Under the pieces are notes generated by a model that saw only the letters and a program-made list of their open reading frames with translations, was not told where the DNA came from and ran no database searches. Positions 1-9,654 of a stretch of 64,000 bases of DNA are shown here, piece by piece. Where the stretch lies: NCBI GenBank assembly GCA_013288555.1, contig JABDBQ010000002.1:51313-115312 (forward strand), read 5' to 3'. This DNA comes from Bacteroidota bacterium (GTDB lineage: Bacteria; Bacteroidota; Bacteroidia; CAILMK01). The translations under genes and the position numbers were made by a program. Numbering within the stretch: the stretch's first letter is position 1; the number at the start of each line of letters is the position of its first letter.

Positions 1-2859
1 GTAATTCGCACTATCACCGCCTTTGGCTTTGGCGAATAAAAATATGTTTTTACCATAACATATTTCTGAGTCACCAGTAATTTTAACCTGGAGTTTTGGT
101 CTTACCTTGAGCAGGACCTGGCCGCTATCTGTGCATCCATGATTATTGGTGACAACAAGGATATAACGTTCTGTATTCGGCAGGATAGCAATGGCATTTG
201 GGTCGCTTGATGACGAAAGGTATGTTGCAGGATGCCAGGCATATGTAACACCTCCCGAGCCTTGCATGGTATAGCTTTCGTTATAGCAAAGAATAGTGTC
301 AGGCCCGGCATTGGCAGCAGGTAATGGATAACAGTTAATAACAGTTTTGGAAGTATCATTTCCCGGAAAAGAATCGAGTCCGCCATTTGGATTATCAGTC
401 CATACTTGGATCGAATCGGTACCCGTAGGAAAAACAATATTACCCATATTAACTCTTATCGAGCTGTCCTTCAATAGCTTTCCAGACCATGGAAAAGAGC
501 TCAGAATTTTGCCATTAGCTGATAATATGATTTTTACAGAATCAAGTTCATTATTGTTATAGTTTTTGAGTCGGACGAAAACTGGAAGTGTATCTTTGCA
601 ATAGCTGCCGGTTGGACTAATTATTGAATCAATACCGGCATCATTGATGTCCGATTTATTATAAAATTGGGCAAGAAAAGCATCATTCCCCCCGCCCCTA
701 TATGAAACCTGATATGCACCGCTTGTGGTCATTCCTTTGTTGCTGTTTGTCAATCCAGTAATATATATTTTTGCCTTAGCGTCGGTAGTGATATCAAGGC
801 TGTTATCGATTCCATTTCCGCCATAATAAGTGGCCCATTGAATTTTTCCCGAAGTACTGAATTCCGCCACAAATGTGTTTTCGCCTCCCTTGATATGCTG
901 CTGGTACGCGTTGCTTGTGGCGATGCCGTCAGGACATGATGTATATCCTGCAATATAGGCGTTTTTAGAGCCATCTGTGGCTACTGCATTTGCTACAGTA
1001 GCAAAATCTCCACCATAATAAGTGGCCCATAATAAGTTTCCATTCGCTGTAAATTTGGCTAGATAAGCATCATCTCCCTGCGAAGTAGTCTGATAAGCGC
1101 TATGAGTTGCAATTCCTGAAAGACTGCTTGTATTCCCTGAAATATAAATATACCCGTATCTGTCTGTTGCTACACCACCACTTATTTCATTCCCCTCACC
1201 ACCAAAATAGGTAGCCCATTGAAGCTTGCCATTGCCATTATATTGTGCAAGAACAGCATCGCTGGAATAACTTGCAATAGTATTACCACTTCCTTTTCTA
1301 TAAAGGCCGCCACCAAAAGAAGTCTGATATGCCCCGCTCGTAGCAATCCCATCGGTATCGGATGTGGCTGTGGTAATATATATGTTGCCATAATGATCCG
1401 TTGCAACGGCTCCGCCAAATAGTACTCTTTTGCCAAGTGTGGTTGACCATTGAAAGGCGCCAATACTACTAAATTTAGCAAGAAAAGCCTCACTATCGGC
1501 CACATACTTCGTATTAACAGCATGTAGCGCTTTCGCTAAAGTACCGGTTAAATAAATATTGTCGGAATCATCACACGCGACACCGTACCCAATAATGGAT
1601 CCTCCGGAATCAATTGCATTCCCATAATAAGTTGCCCAGGCGAGCTGACCATTACCCTTAAATTTAGATAAAAAAGTGCCTCCTTTAGCATTTTGGTAAG
1701 CGCCTTTAGTAGTCGCAATTTCTGTACTTGCCCATCCTGTAATATAAGCACTACCCTGATTGTCAACTGCCACATGATAGCAATCTGCATTGTAGTAAGT
1801 TGACCATATGAGTTTACCGTTTGGATCAAACTTTGAGAGGAATCCGCCAAAATCATCTCCATCTTCAAGCCCCAATGAATCGTCATTGTCATCATCAGTC
1901 CCAGCAAAGTAAGTTATATACGCTCCGGGCGTAGCAATATATCTAGTGCTTCCGGTATGCCCGGTTATAAAAATATTCCCTGCCGGGTCTGTCGCAACAC
2001 CGTGACTTTCATCGTCACTTGTTCCCCCGAAATATGTCCCCCAAATCAAGGTTGGATCAATAACCAGATCTTTTGATTTGTCGTATCTGTTCACTTTAAA
2101 ACCAACGAGATTTGAGTGTTGGTTAAAATCAGTTTCAATAATGTTTTTTCCCTGGAAACTGACCGGTTTTTCTTCGCTCATCTTTCCCAAAGCAAATGAA
2201 TATTCAATCTTTGAATCCTTTAATTTTTTAATGCCTTCCAAACCATCCCATTGCATTTTGATATCTGATATATTTCCTCCTGGATGGACTATAAATTCGT
2301 ATTTCATACCTGTAGGGATTGCACGCAAAACCATATCAATATTTGGGTATATCTCTTTGTAAGTGATTGTTTTATAGGTGTGTACATTGGTAATGCCATG
2401 GTCGGCATCACCTGTTGTGTAGTAATTTTCATAATATTCCTGTTGGTCAGATGCCAGGATTTGAGCGGTAGGATTGGAATTAAGGAGGATGAGGTCGGTG
2501 CGGGAGGTTGTTATTTTCTCTGGCCTGGATGGGGATTCGAGATTTTTCCACCCCCTACCCCCGTCCCGAGGGTTCGGGAGGGACAGCTTTCCTACGCCTG
2601 TTGCCTCGGAAACATTATTTTCGGTGTTTTCGGCTTTAGTAAAAACAAAACTGATTTTTCCGGGTTGGCAATAAAGATAAACTCCACCTTGATGTCCATA
2701 AAACCAAATTTCCGGGGATGAAACTTGCCCCTTATTTTCTACGAAATTCCAGTCTGAATGCTTAAGGATTTGTTTTGCTGAAACCGGGCTTCCTGCATGT
2801 ATTTTGTTACAGGCAAGAGCGAGGGACAGTAGCAGCAGTATGATTTTGATCCGGTTCAT
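1..2859 (-). CDS. Giant secreted SBBP beta-propeller-repeat / Ig-like repeat protein; C-terminus lies beyond the window start
   Basis: ATG at 2857-2859 on the minus strand. I checked by hand that the frame stays open down to position 1. The N-terminus reads MNRIKIILLLLSLALA, a signal peptide. There are repeated GxxxSGAYQ/ATSGAYQ SBBP-type units. It is paralogous to the 59128..>64000 protein, sharing TYKTITY..IYPNID..KYEFIV.. Confidence 0.8.
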   Translation of the reverse strand, partial: MNRIKIILLLLSLALACNKIHAGSPVSAKQILKHSDWNFVENKGQVSSPEIWFYGHQGGVYLYCQPGKISFVFTKAENTENNVSEATGVGKLSLPNPRDGGRGWKNLESPSRPEKITTSRTDLILLNSNPTAQILASDQQEYYENYYTTGDADHGITNVHTYKTITYKEIYPNIDMVLRAIPTGMKYEFIVHPGGNISDIKMQWDGLEGIKKLKDSKIEYSFALGKMSEEKPVSFQGKNIIETDFNQHSNLVGFKVNRYDKSKDLVIDPTLIWGTYFGGTSDDESHGVATDPAGNIFITGHTGSTRYIATPGAYITYFAGTDDDNDDSLGLEDGDDFGGFLSKFDPNGKLIWSTYYNADCYHVAVDNQGSAYITGWASTEIATTKGAYQNAKGGTFLSKFKGNGQLAWATYYGNAIDSGGSIIGYGVACDDSDNIYLTGTLAKALHAVNTKYVADSEAFLAKFSSIGAFQWSTTLGKRVLFGGAVATDHYGNIYITTATSDTDGIATSGAYQTSFGGGLYRKGSGNTIASYSSDAVLAQYNGNGKLQWATYFGGEGNEISGGVATDRYGYIYISGNTSSLSGIATHSAYQTTSQGDDAYLAKFTANGNLLWATYYGGDFATVANAVATDGSKNAYIAGYTSCPDGIATSNAYQQHIKGGENTFVAEFSTSGKIQWATYYGGNGIDNSLDITTDAKAKIYITGLTNSNKGMTTSGAYQVSYRGGGNDAFLAQFYNKSDINDAGIDSIISPTGSYCKDTLPVFVRLKNYNNNELDSVKIILSANGKILSSFPWSGKLLKDSSIRVNMGNIVFPTGTDSIQVWTDNPNGGLDSFPGNDTSKTVINCYPLPAANAGPDTILCYNESYTMQGSGGVTYAWHPATYLSSSSDPNAIAILPNTERYILVVTNNHGCTDSGQVLLKVRPKLQVKITGDSEICYGKNIFLFAKAKGGDSANY

Positions 2860-2960
2860 TTATAACGAGACGGAATTTAATCAAATATAGTTGTTTTTGA
2901 TAGAATTAGCTAAAAAGAAATGCCTGATGACTAACTCACCAACTCACTAATTTCAGATCC

Positions 2961-3905
2961 TCACCAACTCTCCACCACCAGGCTCTCTCTAAGGATATCA
3001 ACAACCGCATTGGCCATTTTATTTTCCTTATCCAGTAAGGGGTTTACTTCAGTGACCTCTAATGATTTAAAATTATTCATACGGGTAAATGTTTTCAAAA
3101 GATCCTTTGCTTCATCCAATGTCAATCCTCCCTTCACCGGTGTTCCAGTGCCTTTGGAAATAGAAGGATCAAGACTGTCGACATCAAACGAAACATAAAC
3201 GGCATCATAGGGCTCAAAATATTTTTCAATTTCCTTTGCTGTTTTTTTTGCCCCTTTTTTATGCAGCACATCAGGCGTATAGTATTTTATTTTTAGTCTT
3301 TTCAGGGTTTCCCATTCCTGTTTTTCAAGAGATCGGATATCTACATAAACGATGTCTTCCGGGAATAGTTTTGGCGTTATTTTTCGCTTGCCGGTACGCT
3401 TGATCCGTTCCCAGTTTTTGATCACTTCAGGCTTTATGGGTTTCAGCTGGTTTTCGCGGTTGTCTTCTCCCAGCAAAATCGCCATGGGCATACCATGCAT
3501 ATTTCCCGATGGAGAAGTATAAGGAGAATGGATATCGCCATGAGCATCTATCCATATGATACCCAGCTTTTTATCGGGGTATGCCTCGCGGAATCCGGCA
3601 AAAAATCCGGCAGCATTGGAATGGTCGCCAGAAAAGATGAGCGTCTTGAAACCATCCATTTGTGCCTTGCACATTCTACGACAGATCTTAGCCTGTGTGG
3701 ATGCTATGAGTTTGATGTATTTAGCCGACTTGAATTGTGGACTGTACTTGTTGAGTTTCTGTGTTTTTATTTCTTCGGTAGGCACCTGGTTGAACAGGTT
3801 GTAGAGCATATTTACGGAGCTGATCCTGATGGCATCCGGACCCAGGCTGGCACCCCTTTTACCGGCTCCTACTTCAGACGCACAGATCAAAATTTTAACA
3901 GGCAT
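2961..3905 (-). CDS. Arginase/agmatinase-family ureohydrolase, likely agmatinase given the adjacent arginine decarboxylase
   Basis: Family motifs GDHS, DAHGD and SFDVDSLDP are present. I chose the start at MPVKILICASEVGAGKRGASLGP, which is the typical N-terminus. The ORF track extends it to 3935. Confidence 0.7.
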   Translation of the reverse strand: MPVKILICASEVGAGKRGASLGPDAIRISSVNMLYNLFNQVPTEEIKTQKLNKYSPQFKSAKYIKLIASTQAKICRRMCKAQMDGFKTLIFSGDHSNAAGFFAGFREAYPDKKLGIIWIDAHGDIHSPYTSPSGNMHGMPMAILLGEDNRENQLKPIKPEVIKNWERIKRTGKRKITPKLFPEDIVYVDIRSLEKQEWETLKRLKIKYYTPDVLHKKGAKKTAKEIEKYFEPYDAVYVSFDVDSLDPSISKGTGTPVKGGLTLDEAKDLLKTFTRMNNFKSLEVTEVNPLLDKENKMANAVVDILRESLVVESW

Positions 3906-3971
3906 ATTGAAAATTTCCTTTAACTTCGGCCTCATTATTAACCGCCGTAATGCAAAAATACGTTTCCTTGA

Positions 3972-5369
3972 ATGAAAAACAGGTATTTCGACCTAATTGA
4001 CCAAACCTTTTACTTCCCTTCATTCGATTTCAATTTAGACAATGACCAGCTCACTTTCAATGACATACCTCTTATGGATGTTATTGAAAAATTTGGTACC
4101 CCCCTTAAAATAACTTATCTGCCAAAGATAGGAGAACAGATTCAGAAGGGACGTAAGCTTTTTGCCAATGCCATGAAAAAGGCAAAATATAATGGCGAAT
4201 ATCATTATTGCTATTGCACCAAAAGTTCCCAGTTTTCATTTGTAATCCATGAGGTTTTAAAGAATAAGGGGCAGCTCGAAACATCTTCTTCTTTTGATAT
4301 GGACCTGCTCTGGCATTTGTACAAAGAGGACATGATCAGCAAGAAAACCTATATCGTTTGCAATGGTTTCAAACAGGATGATTATATCAAAAAGATCTGT
4401 GATTTTATCAATGAAGGCTTTGAAAACATTATTCCAATCCTGGACAGTATGGATGAACTGGAACGGTATGATAAATTTGTAAAAAAACCTTTCCAGGTCG
4501 GAATCCGCATTGCATCAGAGGAAGAACCGAATTTCGAATTTTATACCTCTCGACTGGGTGTAAGATACAGGGATATTGTTCCCTTTTATGAAAAGAAAAT
4601 TGCAGGAAATTCACGCTATAAACTCAAGATGCTGCATTTCTTTATCAATACAGGAATAAAGGATGATACGTACTACTGGAGTGAACTGAACAAATGCGTG
4701 CAGGTGTATTGTGACCTGAAAAAACTTTGTCCGGAATTGGATTCGTTCGATATTGGTGGTGGTTTTCCTGTACCAAACACATTGTCATTTAATTATGACT
4801 ATGAATACATGACCAATGAGATCGTTTCTACCATCAAAAGTTTATGCAATTCTAATGGAATTGATGAACCCAATATTTTCACGGAATTCGGTTCCTTTAC
4901 AGTGGCAGAAAGTGGCGCGGCAATCTATTCTATCGTATCTGAAAAGCAGCAGAATGATGCCGAAAAATGGTTCATGATCGACAGTTCTTTTATTACAACC
5001 TTACCTGATACATGGGGCATCGGGCAGCGATTTATATTACTCGCCATCAACCACTGGCACAAGGAATACCAGCGCGTGAACCTTGGCGGAATGACCTGCG
5101 ACAGCCAGGATTATTACAACAGCGAAGTGGATATCAACCAGGTATTTTTACCCAAAATTGCAGGTAAGGAAAAATTGTATATTGGCTTTTTCCATACGGG
5201 AGCTTACCAGGAAAGCCTGGGTGGGTACGGCGGCATTCAGCACTGCCTGGTTCCGGCGCCGAAACATGTTCTAATTGACCTCAACAAAAAAGGGGAATTT
5301 ACTTATAAAGTCTTTGCAGACAAGCAAAACCCTGAGGATATGATGAAGATACTGGGGTTTAAGAAGTAA
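3972..5369 (+). CDS. PLP-dependent fold-III decarboxylase, probable arginine decarboxylase
   Basis: 465 aa. It contains FDIGGGFP and other Orn/DAP/Arg decarboxylase-like blocks. It is divergent from the agmatinase-like gene. Confidence 0.65.
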   Translation: MKNRYFDLIDQTFYFPSFDFNLDNDQLTFNDIPLMDVIEKFGTPLKITYLPKIGEQIQKGRKLFANAMKKAKYNGEYHYCYCTKSSQFSFVIHEVLKNKGQLETSSSFDMDLLWHLYKEDMISKKTYIVCNGFKQDDYIKKICDFINEGFENIIPILDSMDELERYDKFVKKPFQVGIRIASEEEPNFEFYTSRLGVRYRDIVPFYEKKIAGNSRYKLKMLHFFINTGIKDDTYYWSELNKCVQVYCDLKKLCPELDSFDIGGGFPVPNTLSFNYDYEYMTNEIVSTIKSLCNSNGIDEPNIFTEFGSFTVAESGAAIYSIVSEKQQNDAEKWFMIDSSFITTLPDTWGIGQRFILLAINHWHKEYQRVNLGGMTCDSQDYYNSEVDINQVFLPKIAGKEKLYIGFFHTGAYQESLGGYGGIQHCLVPAPKHVLIDLNKKGEFTYKVFADKQNPEDMMKILGFKK

Positions 5370-5380
5370 TAATTCAATTA

Positions 5381-5410
5381 CGAATTAGAACTTTTTTAAT
5401 TCGTTTTTTT
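5381..5410. terminator. Hairpin cgaatta-N9-taattcg followed by a T7 run, between convergent genes
   Basis: A 7-bp stem plus a T-run sits at the junction of 3972..5369 (+) and 5396..6229 (-). Confidence 0.5.
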
Positions 5411-6229
5411 GGGGTTGTTTAAGTTGTAATTTATGGCAATTTTTAAGGTTACTTCGCCTATTTCATTGTATACGACAGTATTTCCTGCCAATTCAAATTT
5501 AATAAGTTCAATCTTTTCAAGGTATTGTTTAAGTTTCTCTCCTCCATTTTTTAAAGCACTATTGACAAACTTTTCAGTTGCCCTTACAAGAAGTTCTTCC
5601 ACACAAGCGTTATATTCCAAAATTAATTTTTTCAGTTCAAAGTCTTTAAATTTATTATCTGAATCCATTGTCGAAATAATATCTCCATCTAATGGGTATC
5701 TTTGAATTTGATGAGGATTGATCTTGTTATTTTCTATAAAATCCACAGTGTGCGCACCAACAATATGCCTAAACTGCATGACTTCAAGGTTATTTAAAGT
5801 CTCCATAATCTTCTTTTTATAGGGGAGATTAACTAACTCAATAAATGAAGCAATGGCGGATTTCTGAAGATAAATAGCATTTACGATACCGTACAGACGC
5901 AAATATTGTTCTCCAATACTTGAAATCTTGGTTGGGCCGCTTAGTTCAAATTGATCGTAATTTTGTTTTGCGAGTTCTGTATCATTTAATAAGTCCATAA
6001 CACTGCACAAAACAATCCAATCTTTAGCATTTTTGAATTTAAGTTTCCTACTTACATAGACTAAAAATTGTTCTTCAGAATTCGATTTGATAGATCTTGA
6101 TACATCATTTGCAAGTTCACGAATGACTCTTTCACATTTAATAATTAGAGAATTATTTATGGTTTGAATCATAAGTAAATTTTTGCCAAATATACAACTT
6201 TGTCCTTCGCATATTTTTTGACTCTTCAT
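5396..6229 (-). CDS. Hypothetical protein from an AT-rich orphan gene; carries an R-x5-H (HEPN-like) motif QFRHIVGAH
   Basis: 277-aa ORF. Its composition is visibly AT-richer than the neighbours. It sits next to the RAYT/REP islet. I recognised no known family. Confidence 0.55.
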   Translation of the reverse strand: MKSQKICEGQSCIFGKNLLMIQTINNSLIIKCERVIRELANDVSRSIKSNSEEQFLVYVSRKLKFKNAKDWIVLCSVMDLLNDTELAKQNYDQFELSGPTKISSIGEQYLRLYGIVNAIYLQKSAIASFIELVNLPYKKKIMETLNNLEVMQFRHIVGAHTVDFIENNKINPHQIQRYPLDGDIISTMDSDNKFKDFELKKLILEYNACVEELLVRATEKFVNSALKNGGEKLKQYLEKIELIKFELAGNTVVYNEIGEVTLKIAINYNLNNPKKTN

Positions 6230-6267
6230 GCCTTACATGGAATACAAATATTCTTTATCATACAAAA

Positions 6268-6332
6268 ATCCCATTAGGGATGACATATTGGTAGCACTAG
6301 AATGGACAAACATATAAGAATCCCATAGGGAT
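6268..6332. repeat. Two REP-like hairpins ATCCC-N3-4-GGGAT
   Basis: atcccattagggat at 6268-6281 and atcccatagggat at 6320-6332. They lie downstream of the RAYT gene. Confidence 0.7.
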
Positions 6333-6346
6333 GGAATATTTCTTAT

Positions 6347-6808
6347 CTATTTGGGTTCATGAAAAACAAACCGATCGTCGTAGTCAATCCCTGTTTGTTT
6401 TAAAATCTGTTTATATTCGTCAAGAAAGGTCCTCTTCTTATGGTGTTCCTTTTGGTTCATTATGTATCGTGTGACTGCTGGCAATTGCGATTTTGAATAT
6501 GAGAATACGCCATACCCTTCTTGCCAGGAAAATTTAGACTTTACCAGCTTATTCTCTGTGATCCATTGTGAAGACGAAGATTTAACATCCTGCATTAAAT
6601 CACTTATTGACTGAGTTGTATGAAACCCAAGTAATATGTGTAAATGATCTTCGACCCCATTAATGCAAATCATTTTATGCTTGTTTTTTTGAACAGTACC
6701 AGTTATATACTTAAACAGATCATTTTCCCATTCTTGATTAATTAATGCAGCTCGAAATTTCGGAGCGAAAATAAATTGCAGATGGACCTGTGAATAAGTG
6801 TTAGCCAT
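6347..6808 (-). CDS. REP-associated tyrosine transposase (RAYT), IS200/IS605-like Y1 HUH transposase family
   Basis: 153 aa. HUH motif HLHILL and a C-terminal Y..NQKEHH block are present. The gene is flanked on both sides by REP hairpins. Confidence 0.85.
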   Translation of the reverse strand: MANTYSQVHLQFIFAPKFRAALINQEWENDLFKYITGTVQKNKHKMICINGVEDHLHILLGFHTTQSISDLMQDVKSSSSQWITENKLVKSKFSWQEGYGVFSYSKSQLPAVTRYIMNQKEHHKKRTFLDEYKQILKQTGIDYDDRFVFHEPK

Positions 6809-6874
6809 AATTGGGATTGTTAATTCCCAAATCTACAAAACCCTTTTTAAACTGAAAAAGACGAGAAATATGGC

Positions 6875-6938
6875 ATCCCTACGGGATTAAAATTATGGTT
6901 ACAAAAATATACTACCAATATTTCATCCCTAACGGGAT
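6875..6938. repeat. Two REP-like hairpins ATCCC-N3-4-GGGAT
   Basis: atccctacgggat at 6875-6887 and atccctaacgggat at 6925-6938, upstream of the RAYT. Each is followed by gggatt(a/g)aaat. Confidence 0.7.
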
Positions 6939-6972
6939 TGAAATGCTGGCAAAAACATAATATCCGCGGAAT

Positions 6973-7824
6973 TCAGGAATGTTTCAAAGTAAAAAGATCC
7001 ACTAGTATACCTATTGCACTGGTTCCCTGAACATCCTGGCCGCCTCTAAATGACCAGGTAAGTGATGCGTTTAATTTTACTTTTTTAAATCCAAAAGCCA
7101 TTCTTAAACCAGGCTCAACAATGGGTCCTCCATTGGGTATATTATTATGCTGAACGGATTCAATTTTACCTGTTGGCCCATCTTTGGTAGTAACAATATA
7201 AGTCAAATCATTAAAAAACACTTGATTAAGCCTAAGGCCGATGCCCAGTTCAAGATGATTATTTAAGGCCGATAAGCCTACTGACGGCTGAGCAAACATT
7301 TTTAAATAGCTGCCATTTAAGCTACTATAGATTCTTTGGGCTGGGCCATCATTATATACCCATTCCCAGTTATAATTTCCACCGGTAAAGTAACCACCGT
7401 GATATACATATTCCATGGCTGAATCATATTTAGTATCACCGGCTTCCTGATATGATTCGGAATTGGCAATTCCATAACCAATCCCGCCTAAGATTTCAAA
7501 CCGAACATCCGGCGTGATATTTTTATAGCATCCTACGCCGATATCTACTAGTTTATTTACAAGAGTTGAGGTATAATATGCTCCGTTGGGCAATTCAAAA
7601 GATGAACCTTGCGCGGAGGAATAATCTCCAAATAAAACCAGATTGTCTTTAAGTGCAATTGAAGCCTGCACGCCTGATGTTGATCCATTGAATGCCATAA
7701 CCTTAAATTCACCTTCCTTGCTTAAAAGCGGCATGTTAAGTAACCCCGGGGCATAATAATTCTGGGAGAAAAGCTTTGTAACGGTGATTGCCATTATCGA
7801 AAATATCAGGAAGATCTTTTTCAT
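6973..7824 (-). CDS. Outer-membrane beta-barrel protein, hypothetical; paralog 1
   Basis: Signal peptide MKKIFLIFSIMAITVTKLFSQ. Ends in a C-terminal aromatic beta-barrel terminus. Tandem paralog of 7906..8772. Confidence 0.7.
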   Translation of the reverse strand: MKKIFLIFSIMAITVTKLFSQNYYAPGLLNMPLLSKEGEFKVMAFNGSTSGVQASIALKDNLVLFGDYSSAQGSSFELPNGAYYTSTLVNKLVDIGVGCYKNITPDVRFEILGGIGYGIANSESYQEAGDTKYDSAMEYVYHGGYFTGGNYNWEWVYNDGPAQRIYSSLNGSYLKMFAQPSVGLSALNNHLELGIGLRLNQVFFNDLTYIVTTKDGPTGKIESVQHNNIPNGGPIVEPGLRMAFGFKKVKLNASLTWSFRGGQDVQGTSAIGILVDLFTLKHS

Positions 7825-7870
7825 ATTTTTTGTTTTTTGTTGAGACAAATCTCCGACTATCATTCCCGGT

Positions 7871-7917
7871 TTTAAAATTGATTACCCGTAATTCGGAAAC
7901 TGTTTTTACGGGTTTTT
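7871..7917. promoter_or_regulatory. Conserved 47-nt hairpin element, copy 1 (tttaaaattgatt-ACCCGTAA-N14-TTACGGGT-ttttt)
   Basis: 46 of 47 nt identical to 9539-9585. It overlaps the stop codon of 7906..8772 and lies just upstream of the 6973..7824 start. On the plus strand it has a terminator-like hairpin plus T-run. Confidence 0.6.
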
Positions 7918-8772
7918 CGTATCGAATATACCAATACAAAGACCTGCCGATGCGCTTATACTGCCTTGCTGGTTTCCCTGAAAGGTCCAATATATTGCTG
8001 TGTGGAACTTAATATTTTTGAATCCGGCATCCATTGTAAAGCAGGGTTCTGCAAAAAGGCTTCCATTACCCATATCATAGTGGTTTTCATATACTGTTCT
8101 ATCATAGGATTTGGTTATTCGGTTGAATGAATCCTTTGTGGTAAAACCCGAAGTTATATTGTTATAAAAAATCTGGTTGATCCTGACGCCAATACCTGCA
8201 TTGAAACGGTGCTTCTTTCCTGCCAGTCCAATTGACGGCTGCACAAATGCTTTGAGATAATTGCCGCTAATGACATATTGCGTAATTTGCTCGTAATGGC
8301 CTGGGGGGATATTGAAAAAATCTAATGTAATAAGTCTTAGAAATGGTGAGATGGTATCATCAGAGATCAGATTCCCATTGTTTTTAATACCGGATATATT
8401 CGCACTCCCATATCCAATGCCGCCCGAAATTTCAAAAACACCTCTTGTGCCGATCTTTTTAAAATAACCGCATCCAATATCAGCCATCGTGTGTTCTTCA
8501 AAATTCTGGCTGCTCCCATACGGACTAGTCCCGGAAGAACTTTGATTCCCTCCATTATTATTATAATTGGATATGTTGCCAAAAAAAACCAAATGTCCTG
8601 TAAGAGCGTAGGAGAACTGTGTGCCAACACCTTCGTTTCCTCCATAAAGTATCCACTTAAATTCGCCCTTATCTCTCATAAGAGGAATATTAAGCATATT
8701 GGTGATATAAAAATTCTGGGCAAACACATGTGTTGCATTTAAGATTACCAGTAATAATATAAGCTTTTTCAT
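7906..8772 (-). CDS. Outer-membrane beta-barrel protein, hypothetical; paralog 2
   Basis: Signal peptide MKKLILLLVILNATHVFAQ. Collinear similarity to paralog 1 (NMLNIPLMRDKGEFK vs LLNMPLLSKEGEFK). Confidence 0.75.
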   Translation of the reverse strand: MKKLILLLVILNATHVFAQNFYITNMLNIPLMRDKGEFKWILYGGNEGVGTQFSYALTGHLVFFGNISNYNNNGGNQSSSGTSPYGSSQNFEEHTMADIGCGYFKKIGTRGVFEISGGIGYGSANISGIKNNGNLISDDTISPFLRLITLDFFNIPPGHYEQITQYVISGNYLKAFVQPSIGLAGKKHRFNAGIGVRINQIFYNNITSGFTTKDSFNRITKSYDRTVYENHYDMGNGSLFAEPCFTMDAGFKNIKFHTAIYWTFQGNQQGSISASAGLCIGIFDTKNP

Positions 8773-8843
8773 CTTTTTTGGTTTTTACTGACTACAACCT
8801 GGGATAAAATCCTTTCTGCTTTTATACCACTATAGATTCATAA

Positions 8844-9491
8844 TCAATGCTTTCTTGCATTAAATCCGATAACCAGACTTATCCTTGCTCCGAGGTCTTC
8901 GGTTACAGTATGAGGAGGTGTATACAAAGGCCCATTGTCGTACACCGTCACAGTTTTTTTGTAGGATGGAACAAAGGCTATATTGATTGGGAAATTCACC
9001 TGATCAATTTTTATGTTAGTTCCGGCCGCAAAGACAAAACCTACTCCAGCAATTGAAACATTTGGCCCGAACCCGAATTCAAAACCATTTCTATCCCTTA
9101 TTCCGATTAATAAATTACAGCTTGGCAGGAACAAACCCTGGTCCAATCCTCCAATAAGAGGTACAAACTCAACCAGCCCACAGACGCCACTCTGAAGGGT
9201 AAAGTACCTCCACTCAAACTGCCACCCAAATTGGGTGATGGTAGTTCCACTGTTATTATTACTGTTGGGATCCTGGGCACTTCGTATTTGACCCGCAATC
9301 AAGCCAGGAGATATATAAGTAAGGCCAATCCGTGGTCCATTTAATTTAACAGTAGGGTAGATCTTGTCCTGGATCCCCTGGTTGTCCTGATTGTCCTGTG
9401 CTTTTGCGATAAAAGCAAGAAGTAAAAAAGATAAAATAAGACAAGTAAATCTTACTGTTTTCATGTTGTTTTTTAAGTTAATTTTTTTCAT
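8844..9491 (-). CDS. Small outer-membrane beta-barrel protein, hypothetical
   Basis: Signal peptide (MKTVRFTCLILSFLLLAFIAKAQ). Gly/aromatic-rich strands. An alternative start lies at 9464. Confidence 0.65.
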   Translation of the reverse strand: MKKINLKNNMKTVRFTCLILSFLLLAFIAKAQDNQDNQGIQDKIYPTVKLNGPRIGLTYISPGLIAGQIRSAQDPNSNNNSGTTITQFGWQFEWRYFTLQSGVCGLVEFVPLIGGLDQGLFLPSCNLLIGIRDRNGFEFGFGPNVSIAGVGFVFAAGTNIKIDQVNFPINIAFVPSYKKTVTVYDNGPLYTPPHTVTEDLGARISLVIGFNARKH

Positions 9492-9538
9492 GACTTTAAA
9501 TAATTTGTTGGGACAAAATTCCGGCAGTTTTAAAGCAC

Positions 9539-9585
9539 TTTAAAATTGATTACCCGTAATCCGGAAACTGTTTTTACGGGTTTTT
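9539..9585. promoter_or_regulatory. Conserved 47-nt hairpin element, copy 2
   Basis: Near-identical to 7871-7917. It lies between the stop of 9655..10668 and the start of 8844..9491. Confidence 0.6.
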
Positions 9586-9654
9586 GCAAAACACGGGCGT
9601 TCTGGTTTGATAATAAGCTTCAAACCAATGTTATAAAAACAAAGCAGCGTTTAA

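Noticed and set aside
6973-8772. PorP/SprF T9SS membrane protein assignment for the tandem beta-barrel paralogs
   Set aside because: The N-termini (FSQNYY..LLNMP) resemble PorP/SprF only weakly and lack the NPAYAG block. They are not adjacent to the type-B CTD cargo gene. They are kept as generic OM beta-barrel proteins.
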